Numbered from the whole stretch's first letter, positions 25,540 to 39,139 are shown. The stretch is DNA of 63,600 nt, filler included, from Squatina squatina (GCA_031763465.1; 4 parts of 4 records of this genome joined end to end with filler, not necessarily neighbours in it); one strand, 5' to 3'. Notes: generated from the sequence alone by a model not told the origin. Made by a program: numbers and translations.

Positions 25540-25795
25540 TTGGCGGCCGTACCATCAGCTGCCTGGGCCCTGAGCTCTGGAATTCCCTCCCTAAACCTCT
25601 CCGCCTCTCTACCTCTCTCTCCTCTTTTAAGATGCGCATTGAGACCTACCTCTTTGGACCAAGCTTTTGGTCACCTGTCCTAATATCTTCTAATGTGGCT
25701 CGATGTCAAATTTTGTATGACAACGCTCCTGTGAAGCGCCTTGGGGCGTTTTTCTATGTTAAAGGTGCTATATAAATACAAGTTGCTGCTATTGT
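25540..25795 (+). mobile_element. L2 LINE 3' end
   Basis: ggcggccgtaccatcagctgcctgggccctgagctctggaattccctccc (GGRT.SCLGPELWNSLP), plus the tail gctcctgtgaagcgccttgg...aggtgctatataaatacaagttgctg. Confidence 0.85.
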
Positions 25796-26983
25796 CTTCT
25801 GCAGCTGTGGGGTTAAATTCAGCAAAAAGAACTCATAATTTATGAAGGATGGAAGATTTCTGTACCAATGCATTTCTGGCAATATGAGGCTGACAGTGCA
25901 GTACTGAACTTCTGTACTGTCTGCACTGCAAGTCATAATTTGGAGTTAAATCCATACTTCATTCTGAGACTGAAGTATAAATGGGACAACGTATTGATCA
26001 ATCTGTTGCAGTGAATGGGTTTGTATTCCCAATAGTAAGTGGAACATTTTTAGGAGAAAAACATTTTTCCTTCTCTGGCAGGTAATAAACAGCGGAAGTT
26101 GCTGATCGACTTGGCAAGTCATTAGACAGACACTCCGGGTAACAGGCCGAGTGATTTCCTTTGCTAACAGGAGGTTGAACGGTTGTCATTTGCCTTAAGT
26201 CGGTAAACATTCCAAAGTTGTGGGTGTATTCTCACAAGGTTGGGAACGGGACTCAGCAGTCAGTGAATGCAGTTGGTGATTTATAAATGATAGACATGAA
26301 TGGGACAAAGGTTAATTCTGATGTTGTTTGTTTCTTTACATTAGAAGCATGGGGTTGCCAGGGGAAATGGAAGCAATTTGTTCGGACTGGAGAGCACCTA
26401 AAAAAGGATAATCTGTATTNNNNNNNNNNNNNNNNNNNNNNNNNNNNNNNNNNNNNNNNNNNNNNNNNNNNNNNNNNNNNNNNNNNNNNNNNNNNNNNNN
26501 NNNNNNNNNNNNNNNNNNNATTAATAACTATCTGCACATTCAAAGTATTGAAAGTGAGGACAGATAAAGCATTGACAGAAAAGGTAATTTATAGTTGGTG
26601 TTATTTTGAGTTGGACTTTCTTTTGATGATCACCTCTGAACATTCTTCGATGCAACTGTCAGGCTGCACTTACTTGAGCAATGTGACGCACAGTTGGTAT
26701 AAAGTTCTCCAAAGCATTGTTGCAGTAATAACATTGGTTTTCAATTTCAGGCTGTTCTCTTCAAATGTAGATAAATCTGACTCCTAATTGTTAAACTTTG
26801 TGCTGAGTTTGATTATGCAGACCTTTTCTTGATCTTAAATGTACTCCTTTTTAAAATGCTCCCATTCATACAAAAAGCACTTCCCTTTAGCATTCCCTAA
26901 CCCCATCCCAGGTTTGGCCTGGATGTTGACTAATTTGTAATTGTAAATGTGTGTTCGATCACTCTGCACAACATTAGTAAACT

Positions 26984-28058
26984 TACAAAAGCAAAATACT
27001 GCGGATGCTGGAATCTGAAATAAAAACAGGAAAGGCTGGAAAAACTTAGCAGGTCAGGCAACATCTGTGGAGAGAGAAACAGAGCTAATGTTTCAGGTCG
27101 ATGACCCTTCGTCAGAACTGGAAAAAGTTAGAGATGTAACAGGTTTTTAACCAAGTGTAGTGACAGGGAAAGGGGTGGGGGAGGAAAGAACAAAAGGGAA
27201 GGTATATGATCGGGTGGAAGGCAGAAGAGATTAAGAGACAAACGGTACGATTGTACAAAGCAAAAGGAGATGGTAATCGGGCAAGTTAAGAAACAAAGGA
27301 CGGGTTTAGATAGGATGTAAATGGAAATGGCAGAATCATCAACAGCTGCCGTGGGAAAGAGAGGAAACAAAACAGAAAATGAGAGAAAAGAGAAAAAAAT
27401 TGGGGCTGGGGCTATGGGCTGAAATTGTTGAACTCGATGTTGAGTCCAGAAGGCTGCGAAGTGCCTAAACAAAAGATGAGGTGCTGTTCCTCAAGCATAT
27501 GTTGAGCTTCATTGTAACAGTGTCAGAGGCCGAGGAGGGAGTGATCAGAGTGGGAGTGGAGTGGAGCAGAGAATTAAAGTGACAGACAACTGGAAGCTCG
27601 TGGTCATGTTTATGGACTGAACGGAGGTGTTGCAAAGCGGTTACCCAATCTCCGTTTGGTCATCCCAGTGTAGAGGAGACCTCATCATGAACAGCGAATA
27701 CAGTGTACTAAATTGAAAGAAGTACAAGTAAATCGTTGTTTCACCTGTAAAGAATGTTTGGGGCCCTGGACAGTGGGAAGGGAAGAGGTAAAAGGGCAAG
27801 TGTTGCATCTCCTGCATTTGCACAGGAAGGTGCTGTGGGTAGGGGAGGGAGTGTTGGGGGTGATTGAGGAGTGGACCAGGGTGTCGCAGAGGGGAGCGGT
27901 CCCTTCGGAATGCTGAAAGGGGAGGAGAGGGACAGATGTTTTTGGTCGTGGGGTCACGCTGAAGATGGTGGCTGGTGAGGTGAAAGGTGAGGACAAGGGA
28001 ACCCTATCGTGGTCTTGGAAGGGAGGAGAAGGGGTGAGAGCAGAATCACAGGAAATAG
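26984..28058 (-). mobile_element. Decayed Penelope-like retroelement 3' part: GIY-YIG endonuclease remnant plus terminal repeat
   Basis: Minus frame TFLCKCRRCNTCPFTSSLPTVQGPKHSLQVKQRFTCTSFNLVHCIRCS**GLLYTGMTKRRLGNRF shows the CxxC zinc motif and a GIY-YIG-type signature (NLVYCIRC..CGLLYIGETKR.L..RF), broken by stops. The terminal repeat at 26984-27125 carries a hammerhead-like core. Confidence 0.85.
27083..27119 (-). ncRNA. Degenerate minimal type I hammerhead ribozyme motif in the Penelope terminal repeat
   Basis: The minus strand reads AGUU-CUGACGA-AGGGUCAUCGACCU-GAAAC-AUU-AGCU: CUGANGA and GAAA cores, a stem II hairpin, and stem I AGUU/AGCU. The stem III palindrome (ACGU) has decayed to ACAU. 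Confidence 0.6.
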
Positions 28059-29536
28059 NNNNNNNNNNNNNNNNNNNNNNNNNNNNNNNNNNNNNNNNNN
28101 NNNNNNNNNNNNNNNNNNNNNNNNNNNNNNNNNNNNNNNNNNNNNNNNNNNNNNNNNNGGACAAGCGCACCAGCCCCGGAATCAGTCTGGCGAACCGTCG
28201 TTGTGCTCCCTCTATGGCAAGTATACCCTTTCTGCACGCCTAGTTGGTGGACCCTCTCCTCATCCTTTAACCCTTGGAGTCCGGGTATCGTTCTGTGTAT
28301 CATTCTATTGTATGAACGCAATTCAAATTTTCTGATGTATAAACCCAATTTAATAGGATTTTCTACGTACGTGAAGCCGACATCTGTCTGAATTCCTCCC
28401 CTCCCCTGGAGGAGTTTGTTCACTGTAGATAATGTTGATGGTTTCTTAGTTAATTCAAGCCAGTGCGCTGATTGCTGATAAGCAGCCAGCAGGCTAACAT
28501 TTGTTATCTGTCTAGTGTATACAAGACGCAGAATCATATCACTTGCCCCATAGCTATTGTTTCATTTCTATGACTTTAGGGAGTTATCTAATATTCTGTG
28601 TGTTTTATTCTTGCAGAATTCAAATTAATTGCAGGGTGCTTCCTGTGTTTTAAATGGGCTTGGTTTTTGGTCAATCTTTTGCCTTGTGAATCAGGTGTGT
28701 AGAAGTAGATTTGATGGAACCTGCATGGATTTGTTTGAGTTTCTGATTTGTGCATGTGTGTGGCGGCTTTGTTTCCAAATTAACATGGGGCAGTGGTCAA
28801 TGCCATCACTGGTTTAGAATGAATCTATTTCAAATGCCTTGACTTGAAAGATGAAGCTTGCCTGAAGTCGATTCCCTTTTAAAATGGTTGGGATATGCAA
28901 GATTAGAATAATCAAATTCAGACTACATAGGAATATTCAGGGCTTGTATAAAGGTAATGTACTGTATATTGTGCACAGACGATGAGCCTTGAATTCAGAT
29001 CACCAGGATATGCAGCTATTTTTTTTTTTAACAAGAAAGTGAGGCAAAAAGGGGTGAAGTTCTGTATATAAAATAGTAAAATTGGTAAAGTAAATTTTAT
29101 TTTTAAAATATTTACAGTACATTGACAAAACAGTTCTATAATTTTGACACTTGCAATCTGAAATTAATAGGTCAGGTTAATTGATCAGGCACGCTTACGG
29201 TTAAAGGTTGATAGAATTTTACTTTTTAGAATCTTGCATCTTGGCCAATTTATTCAGCATTAATGTAATCTGAAACAGGAATAAGAAGGAACACAATGCC
29301 GTGGAGTTGACTGAATAATTTATGGTTGAACTGTTGGGGTGCGCTTTGAATTCAAATTCTGTCGCAATCTAACTGCAATTATTCATATACTGGTAAAGAT
29401 TTCAAAACCGTAACTAGTTGATATGTTTAAGAATCTTTAATATTTCATTGAAATATATACATCAAAAATCTAAAAGAAACCAGTGAGTTTGACCTGTTAT
29501 TTGCCAGTCCAGAAATAAGTGCGTTACCATCGCTGT

Positions 29537-29713
29537 TGCATAGAATGTACAACCCAAATGGGCCATTCGGCCCATCTGGTCCATGCCGATGTTGATGTTC
29601 CACACGAGCTTCCTATCAACGTATTCCTTTTTCCCCTCGTGTTTATCTAACTTCCCCTTAAATGCATCTGTGCTATTTGCCTCAACTACATCTTGTGGTA
29701 GCAAGTTCCACAT
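29537..29713 (-). mobile_element. CR1 LINE 3' end
   Basis: MWNLLPQDVVEANSTDAFKGKLDKH on the minus strand; tail catagaatgtac...ggccattcggccc. Confidence 0.8.
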
Positions 29714-30992
29714 TGGATTTATTTGTGACTTATATTTGATTTACAATGAGACAATTCAAGAAACAATGAATGGGTGCCACTAAGCTTTGGTTTCAAGACC
29801 CAGCAGATTGTGGGAGGAAGGCATGACTGAGGAAACTCATGAGTTCCACTATTCCAAGGACTTAACAAAGAGTGAGTAAAGAGTACGAGATGATGCCATG
29901 GGTCCTGATTCTGAAACATCGTATAGGCAGAGAAGAGAAAGAGCATTAATTGAGTACTTTAATAGTTATCAGAGCTCAAAGAAATCAACTGAAATGTTGT
30001 TACGATACATTTGGACATAAATATTTCAGCCCAATATTAAACACTGAAAAAAGTGGCTAACCTTCAGCCAAAAAGTGTTCAAGCAATATTTATATGTGTG
30101 TATTGTACTTTGTGCACTTATATCTTTCTTGATATTTAATTTTGACTGCTTCTAAATGGTGTCCATTCGTGCCTTGTTTCTCTACATTTTAACAGCTAAT
30201 TAATAAGAGGAATCAGAGTCGCCTTCATTGGAGTCAATTGACCAGTTAGGGTACAGAAAGTGAATTGAGTGGCCTTTTCTCATCCGTGACTTTCTTTGTG
30301 TTCTTGTACCTCCATTCGACGTGAGCCAAAGTTTTCTTTCCTTTATCAGTTAATCCCTGTAATGGAAAAGAGATGTGCAGCTATTTCTGATGAGTTCAGG
30401 ATAACTAAACAGGGTTCACTTTAACGGATAGTGTTGCTCTTGTGTGCAATTAACTTTTTTTGTTATGGAAAGCTATAAGGACTCGACCTCTGGTCCAGTG
30501 AGAGAAACCAGTAGTTAAGATAATCTTTTCAATGTCCAGCTGATTTTATTGGTAGTTTTAGGAAAGGAGAAAACTAGATTGATTGTATTTCCAACAAGAA
30601 GTCCAATAAATGTATTGTTGTATAACATTTTTATTTTTACAGGGGTTCGTGCTAATACATGTGCTATTGTGCTGGATACAGTCAGTATTTCACTCTATTC
30701 CAACATGTCCCAGGAAATTTGAGGCTAAATAGGATTTGATGTTCATCATATTTCTGCCCAAATGTTCAACCTCCATGTAAGATTATGAATTGTCATCTGA
30801 TGAAGGAAAAATGGTCATGTAGAGACACACTGATGTTTTTATTGGGAATTTCATCCTTATCTTTTTTTCCCTGTTCCTGGCAACAGCCTTGATTTATTGG
30901 TTGTTTAGTCCAGTGTAGATTTGGCTGCAATCTTGAAAGATTCTTCAAAGTTGTCGGATGCTTTTGCAATTTTGAGTGAAATCTGCTGTGTG

Positions 30993-31260
30993 ATGCCACC
31001 TTGGCTTAGTGGTTCTGCTTGCCTTCTGAGCCAAAAGTTGAGCTCAACATAATCTTGGCTGACACTTCATTGCAGTACTCTGAGGGTGTGATGCCTCGTC
31101 AGAGATGCTGTCTTTTGGACGAGATGTTCAAGTAAATCCCTGTGGACCTAAAGGATTCCATGGCATTGTTTGAAGAACAAGAAAGTTCCATTTGTCCTGG
31201 CCATCATTTATTCCTCAACCAGCACCACCAAAACCGAATAACAGCATTTATCTCCGTTAT
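30993..31260 (+). mobile_element. Old, diverged Deu-domain SINE
   Basis: ccttggcttagtggtt...ggctgacacttcattgcagtactc...gtcttttggacgagatgttca...aaaggattccatggcattgtttgaagaac. Confidence 0.7.
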
Positions 31261-31642
31261 NNNNNNNNNNNNNNNNNNNNNNNNNNNNNNNNNNNNNNNN
31301 NNNNNNNNNNNNNNNNNNNNNNNNNNNNNNNNNNNNNNNNNNNNNNNNNNNNNNNNNNNNGATTTGTATTATTCTGATAGCAAGCTAAACTTACTAAAAA
31401 CGACTGTCTTTTTTTTACATACCATTGTATCCCATACATCAACCAGCTGCTGATATTTTAGATCCTTATGAAGATGTTTCATTACATTCTCGTCGATTAA
31501 ATGCTTAAAGTTTAATTGTGATGTGAGTAGAGAGGCAACCTATTAAGCTTGCCCAGTCTTTGTTCCTAATTGATCCATCCCCTTTAAAAGCAGACAGCTG
31601 CTACTTTTCAGCATGAACGCATCAGACTATAAATAGTGTATT

Positions 31643-31662
31643 TGTGTGTGTGTGTGTGTGTG
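31643..31662. repeat. (TG)n microsatellite
   Basis: tgtgtgtgtgtgtgtgtgtg read directly from the sequence. Confidence 0.9.
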
Positions 31663-31934
31663 TACTTTTTTTTAAATTGCCTTGTCTTCTCCTGTCACCA
31701 GCCACTGCACTGTAGAGCAGCAGGGGATTTGTGCTGAATTTGACTCTTATTTGCCTGGGTCTGACGGCCATGCAGTTTCCTTTTATTTTAAACCCTTGCT
31801 CTACCCACCTCCCCACCACTTCTGAGGCTATCACCTGGTCATTTGGCTGTTTCGCCAGCCTCGGCAGCTCTTGGGAGTTGCCACCTGCAGCTGCAGTGAA
31901 AAATGCAACTGCCATTTTGAATAAAAAAATTTGC

Positions 31935-32047
31935 GGGGCCCAATTGGTCTGCTCTGCATTTGAAACGTTAGGGGACCAAAAGTCCCGCTCTTAGCGCCCG
32001 TTTAGCGCTCATTCTGCACCTGCGCTAAACGACCAATTGGGCGCCCC
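31935..32047. mobile_element. Palindromic MITE-like / hairpin element remnant
   Basis: Outer inverted repeat ggggcccaattggtc ... gaccaattgggcgcccc, plus an internal perfect 10-bp inverted repeat cgtttagcgc ... gcgctaaacg (about 31999-32031). CpG-rich relative to the flanks. Confidence 0.5.
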
Positions 32048-35000
32048 TAATGTGTTGAAAATTACAACGGGCAATAAACACATTTTTAAAGCCACTATTA
32101 TTAACTAAAAATGGCAGCCAGTGGCAATTTTAAAATCCATTTCGGAAGGTCCTAACCTGGCCAGATGGCAAACCTAACTACTTTAGGTAGACTTTCAGAA
32201 GGTGAATGGTTTATAATTTTAAAAATCCACTTAGGGAATTAGTTCTCGCAATTCAAGTTTCAGCTGCAATGCCATTGAAGCCACCTGTTAACACATCCTC
32301 CGTGCAAAACTCCAAATGCAATTACGTATGTAAAGCAGGGTNNNNNNNNNNNNNNNNNNNNNNNNNNNNNNNNNNNNNNNNNNNNTTAATTAATTAANNN
32401 NNNNNNNNNNNNNNNNNNNNNNNNNNNNNNNNNNNNNNNNNCGGAGGTGAAAATGGGCGGTCTTGGAGATGAAGAGGGTATGGTGACAGAAGCTTATTTT
32501 AGGGTCAAATAGGATGCCAAGGTGGCAAACAGCCTGGTTCAGTCTGAGATCGTGGCTAGAGAGGGGGATGAAATTGATGGCTAGGGAACGGAGTTTGTGG
32601 TGGGGGCAAAGGCAATGGCTTCAGTCTTCCCAATGTTTAATTGGAGGAAATTATGTATACTATATTCTCACATTATAAATAGTGCAGGACAAACTGGAGG
32701 TGACTTGAAGGAGTAAAAACCACATGTGAACTGCTGAGGATTATGAATAGGAGTGAAACAAAGCTGCTCTGTTCAGCTTTGAATAAGGTGCCTAGAATGC
32801 CGAGTATGGTTGAGACTGTCACAGTTCTGTTGGTTTTGTCCTAAATGTTGTTAAATAGTTTTGGGACTGTTTAATGTTCTGATTTTAATTCATTTATTTG
32901 ATATCACCTTTTTTGTGTGGTTTGTACCTATATCTCTCTGCAAATGTAAGCATAAGTACAACAGGGAACTTTATTCTAACCGTCTGTCTCTCCCTTCAAC
33001 CTCCTCCCCGCACCCACCAATTCCTCCCCAAACACACACACTCTGTATTCTTTCTTAAAGGTCATGACTCAGTGGAATATGTGGTGATTCAGTAATCTAA
33101 CACTCCCAGTGGAGGGGTAGCACCCCTAGGGTGAGAATCTTGGAGAAAAAACGGCCTGCAGCATGCAATTTCCTGCAATGTGCTCCCTGCAAACACCACT
33201 CACCGTTGGGAGCGCTAGATCAGGGAATCACCCCTATAGTTTATTGGGTGCCAGCAACCTCACTAAAATAGTCATGTATGAGCATCAACAGTCAGTGGCA
33301 GCGAGCTCTTTAACCCATGGGTGAAGAATTACCACCATACCCAATCCTGCCCTCACCTGACATTCACACATATGCACTTTGAAGTAAGGTCACTGAACAG
33401 TGAACATGAGGAAGAAATCTAGCTTTTTTTCCCCTAATCCTTCACCTGGAACCTGTACTGCCTTCACCATTACCTGGACCAAGATAAGATAGCCTAATGT
33501 AGATCAGGGTGGAAATCTGGAATCTCCCTAGCTGTCTGACTCAATACCACATGGTGGGTTGCAATTACCCCCCACTGAGCTGCCAGGGATGACCCCACAT
33601 GGTCATAGTCTTTAAACTGATTTTTAACAAACATTAACTCCATCATCCTGTTGTTTTACTCTACATTTTAAATATGTTCAGCTTTCTTTTCTGGCTTAAA
33701 GAAGTGGGAAAAGTAAAGTCTCAAAGATCTTTTCATGGTGCCAGTGCGAGATGCAAGATTATAGCTGGAGGAAAGAGGGTGGGGTGGCTGGTAAGGTTGA
33801 GATGCAAACTCATAAATCAATGTTGGACTCCCTCAAACTGGATAAGGGAATCAAACTTGGTACTCAGAACAGTGTCAACAGGCTGGAGCTGAGCCACCTA
33901 ACTGAATTTACAATTGCAGAGTGCATAGAATGAATGGTGCTTTGGAAGTCCAGGGTATTTATTGCAGACAGAACTGCAACAAAGTTTCCTTGAAAGGTTT
34001 CTATATCAAAAGTTGTGGAAATAATACAAATCACTAATAAATGATGCTATTTCACTCCCTCTCCATCACAGCGTCCACAAGATTACTCTGTATGGCAGTC
34101 AGAACTGGAAATAGTAAAATTTCAAATCCAGAAATTACTTACCTACAGCTATTGTTTTCCAAAGTGTTGTGGGAATATTATGCCTGGGAATAAGATTGTC
34201 TGGTTTTCTGTATTTATCTCATATCACTTGCCAATATTCAGCACAAAGAAATAAGCAAAATTCATTTTTCACAGATGCTATAAAACTGCAAAGAAAATCC
34301 GGCAGTTAAAAATAATCATCCTTTGTTGTCCTTAGCATCTTAATTATTTATGGTTGATCTTTGCATTATTTCAGTGCAAGTGATAGATTTTCCTCATTTT
34401 TGTGTCATTCCACATTTATCTCTAAACATTAGCTCAAAGCTACTCTTCTTTCAAATTATTTAATCCTTAACTGCTAGCCGTCCCAATGACAGGGACAATT
34501 TAATTAGTCTCAATTCCCTCCCCCCCAAAAAAACATGTTTCTTCAAAGAACCTGAGCATAAGTGTTGCTAAAAGTAGCAGGAGGATGAGGGTGCCTCGCT
34601 TATGGATTCATGCCTTTGCCAAATATTAAAAAAATAATTTAGGCAGTATTTTTTTGCCAGACAAAATCTGGAATTAAATTCAAGCTCCACATATGGATGC
34701 AAGGATGTACAAACATATGTTAAAGGATTGCCTTATTTTCTCCACTGGCTCTGAACATACCAAAATTATGATTATAAAATAAAGTCTGCAAAATGTCTAG
34801 AAACTTTAAAGAAAAGAAAATAAAAAAAATGTCTAAGATATAACGTAGCAGTTACACAAGGGGAAATGATGCAAATACTTGAACATATCTGCTTATACCT
34901 TCACCGTGTATTTCAGACAGTTAAAAAATGAAGACTGTGTGCAAAATTCTACAATTCACTGTTTCCAGATAAATTCAGCCAAATGTCATTGAGGTTTGAA

Positions 35001-38000
35001 CAACTTCTGGCATGGAATGAAATCTTCCTAGGGGAGGATATGCTTTGCGTTTGGAGATTTGAAGTACAATAATCATTTGTTTGTAAAGGCTCACAGAAAT
35101 CATCACNNNNNNNNNNNNNNNNNNNNNNNNNNNNNNNNNNNNNNNNNNNNNNNNNNNNNNNNNNNNNNNNNNNNNNNNNNNNNNNNNNNNNNNNNNNNNN
35201 NNNNNNNNNNNNNNNNNNNNNNNNNNNNNNNNNNNNNNNNNNNNNNNNNNNNNNNNNNNNNNNNNNNNNNNNNNNNNNNNNNNNNNNNNNNNNNNNNNNN
35301 NNNNNNNNNNNNNNNNNNNNNNNNNNNNNNNNNNNNNNNNNNNNNNNNNNNNNNNNNNNNNNNNNNNNNNNNNNNNNNNNNNNNNNNNNNNNNNNNNNNN
35401 NNNNNNNNNNNNNNNNNNNNNNNNNNNNNNNNNNNNNNNNNNNNNNNNNNNNNNNNNNNNNNNNNNNNNNNNNNNNNNNNNNNNNNNNNNNNNNNNNNNN
35501 NNNNNNNNNNNNNNNNNNNNNNNNNNNNNNNNNNNNNNNNNNNNNNNNNNNNNNNNNNNNNNNNNNNNNNNNNNNNNNNNNNNNNNNNNNNNNNNNNNNN
35601 NNNNNNNNNNNNNNNNNNNNNNNNNNNNNNNNNNNNNNNNNNNNNNNNNNNNNNNNNNNNNNNNNNNNNNNNNNNNNNNNNNNNNNNNNNNATTTTTAAC
35701 TTAATTAATATAATCTAAAAACAATTAAAGGATTTTTCTTTTACTAGTTTACATATTGCTGCCCATTGTTACTAATTGTGTTTATTTCAAAGAACGGATT
35801 TGATTATATGCAGACGACGTATGGAATAGCTACACGTCACGAAAATCACAAACATAGTTTAAATTTCACCGCTCCAAGAAGATAATTATTGGAGCTTTGT
35901 TAAAGTAACTAGTTGCTACGAGATTTACCCAGCATCACGTTTCACAAAGATTGTTTGTATTGGTATAAAACGAGGTTAGAAAATAAACAAAAACTGCACG
36001 TTGTTCTACAGACAAAATGTTGATGTGCCTTATTATAATTCTTATTATTTTTGAATAATGATATTTAGCCCACCCCCTTATTTTTGGATAGTTAAGATAA
36101 GATGCGTGTGTTTAGATATTAATGTTTTGTGCTTTCATATTTTATTATTATAATCTAAGAAGTAACAACTTTCTAAATGAACCCATGTGGTAAAACACTT
36201 AGCCAGAACCAGTATTTAAACTGACAGGAGCAGGCAGCCGTTATAAATGTGTTCAGACAGAAATAGGAATGGCCTACAAAGCAAATATTTTCTTTCATTA
36301 TACGAGATTCTTATATTAGCCGATAAATAGTTTCAAAAAACATATACAAACTATATTGCTCAACCAATAGGCCTTAGAACTGAGCTGCAGTAATTGTGAT
36401 GATCTGTGGAGGGAAATAAAAATGCAGAAAATTGCTGTGCATACTTGGGCAAGTTGTCAGAGTTAGTGATAGGTCGATCGTATGAAATCGACAACTCTGA
36501 AATTCACTTTTTTGTGGTTGGATTTAAGTTTAGGTAAGCCAATCAAACAATGCTTACACTTCGGTGGCAGATTTAGCTGGGCAATCGATAGCAGCTGAGT
36601 TAGGTATGTGGAGTCTGATTAATTCTTTATTCCCCCTACGTGGGTCTTCATTGACAAGAGAATGTGTTGGTCGACGATCCCGCTGCACTTTTAACGTACC
36701 ATTTATCTTTATACGCGATATGATTCCTCCACACTCCCCTCCACCACCCCCCCCCCCCCCTCCCAACCCACCGCCCTCAGTCTGGTTTATGGATGTGCTG
36801 AATAGCCGAGGATCGCCTTCTGTCATTGTCAATATGCTCCCAAACTGATAATAGTTGGTATAGAAACTGAATAAAACGTGTGAGATGGCAAGTTTCTCCT
36901 GTTCTTTCCATCTAGCTTCAGGGAGGTAAGGGGCCAGTAGATCAATACCATGTCTTGCATGAAGTTCCCCGCAGCGGCTCCATTTCTCACCCTGGACGTT
37001 GATGCTAACTATCAATAACAATAACAGCCCGTCTCAGACAGAATTAAGGTCCTCTGTCCTGGATGTGTGTCTGGTGGCTGTAGATAAACATCTTGTGCCC
37101 AAGACTGCAACAAATAAAACGTTTGAAATGCTTTGACCTCTGATTACTATTTCATGTGTACGCTTTCGCTGTCATTTCCACACACACAAACAATGAAACA
37201 TATTTGCTGTTCCTCACCAAAAGANNNNNNNNNNNNNNNNNNNCGCAAGGCAGCTGTATTTGGATCGCTGGCCACAAACAATACCAAATGGGGCTTGCTT
37301 GCGTTTTGTGGTCCGTTTTCAATTAACATATGCATTTATAAATGCTGACAAGCTGTCATCTAAAATATAACGTAACGCTTCCATAAAGGTGAATGCGTTT
37401 ATCTCTTCCACAGGTGGGTTGTCAACTGTAAATCTGTAGTTAATCATTTTAAAGTGTGTCTATCAATAAGTGTTAAAAGGACAGCACTAGTGGGTTGCTG
37501 ACAAACAGGTCAAACAAAAACCATCAAATGTGTTAAGGAACAAATCGAGTTAAAATGTTTCACCTCATCTGGTTACAAGGTTAGCAGTTTTCACTAGATT
37601 CGCCCCTTACACCCTCCGGACATTCTGAGAAACCAGCATCATTTTTTGGCTACTACGGTATTAAGTTGGTGCCCTTGGCTGACCCATATTGCTGATGATT
37701 CAATTATGTGGTGAGAACCTCTGTTCATCAACCATGATCAATTATGCTATGTCAGCAATAATCGAGGGTGATTCAATTGTGTCCCCCCTCCTTGTATCGA
37801 TTATTAGTAAATAAATCAGTATTTGGGGTGATAGCTGATGTTCCACGTTGCAGTGCCCCCGTCAGACCATACTGGACATCCTGACTCTTAAACATCAGAA
37901 ATNNNNNNNNNNAGGTCTTTTTTTCCATCACAAACAACATTGCAGAAAAATATCTGTCTTGACTAAATAACTTACATGTGTTTTTACCGGGGAAAACTAC

Positions 38001-39139
38001 AGGATTATATTATTTCTGAAGAATCCTTCTAACCCAGCCGGGTTTCTTCTAAACTTGTTTATCACCTTAAAGAGCCGATCACACTAAAATATTGCGGTTA
38101 TTATTTCAGGGCAGTTTACTTATGTGTTCAAATATGAACTACATGTATCTATTTNNNNNNNNNNNNNNNNNNNNNNNNNNNNNNNNNNNNNNNNNNNNNN
38201 NNNNNNNNNNNNNNNNNNNNNNNNNNNNNNNNNNNNNNNNNNCAAAACTCTAAGTCAAAAATAAAATTATCTGCCGTAGATAATAACTGTAGCTTGGTAG
38301 TTTTATTTGATTTGGGGTGTTTTTTTCGTGTAAGTTTTAAATTCCAGTAAGTATTGTGAAACTCACTTGTATTTAGATTGCAAGGTTTAATAATCCAGCC
38401 CAGAAGAATCTAATTTAGGTTGACTTTCACATGAGTGGACTGCAGACCATACCCTGTTTACAGTCACATCCACACACTTAGATCAATTAACTCGAAATTG
38501 ATTTTGCGAACTCGGACCCTTAAAATATTAGAACCAGTAGTTTATTACCGGTGTATTACAAATCAAACTACAGTACAAGTTTGTAGCATGATACATAAAT
38601 ATTAATATAAGACTTTATTAACATATCTAATTTTAGAACGCATATGGAAATATTAAACAAATATTTTATCGCATGGCTTGGAGGATGATGTGTTTAAAAA
38701 TGGAAGCAGGAACTCTCGAGTATCCATCACTGACCAAGTGCCTAGTTAAATATTCCGTGAAAAATAATGGCAACTCAAGAAGCACCTAACCACATTATTA
38801 TCTTCATTCTTCAAAATCATCTTCAGATGATAGCTTCGTTTGTCTTTCCAGTAAAATGAACTCTACAAACGTTACAGAAAAATCGTCTTATTAAGGAAGG
38901 AATAACCACTGCTGAAAGATTTGTTTAAAAAATGACGTTATTTTAAACAAGTTAAGAATGTCATAAAAATAAAGGGATTTCTACAGCCCAGTGTGCAAAA
39001 CTCTAGTCTGTCATCACTTTAAAAATGTAAAAAGTCAGGCATTAGAACCAGAAATTAAACAACGAAATCATCCATTTCCAGTGATTACATAAACTGAGTC
39101 CCAGAAGTAATTTCCTTCAATTTTTTTGCTTCTTGCTAT

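Noticed and set aside
36554-37021. 155-aa Gly-rich (-) and 94-aa Pro-rich (+) ORFs
   Set aside because: Both are driven by a poly-C tract at about 36737-36775. No recognisable domain or convincing splice context.
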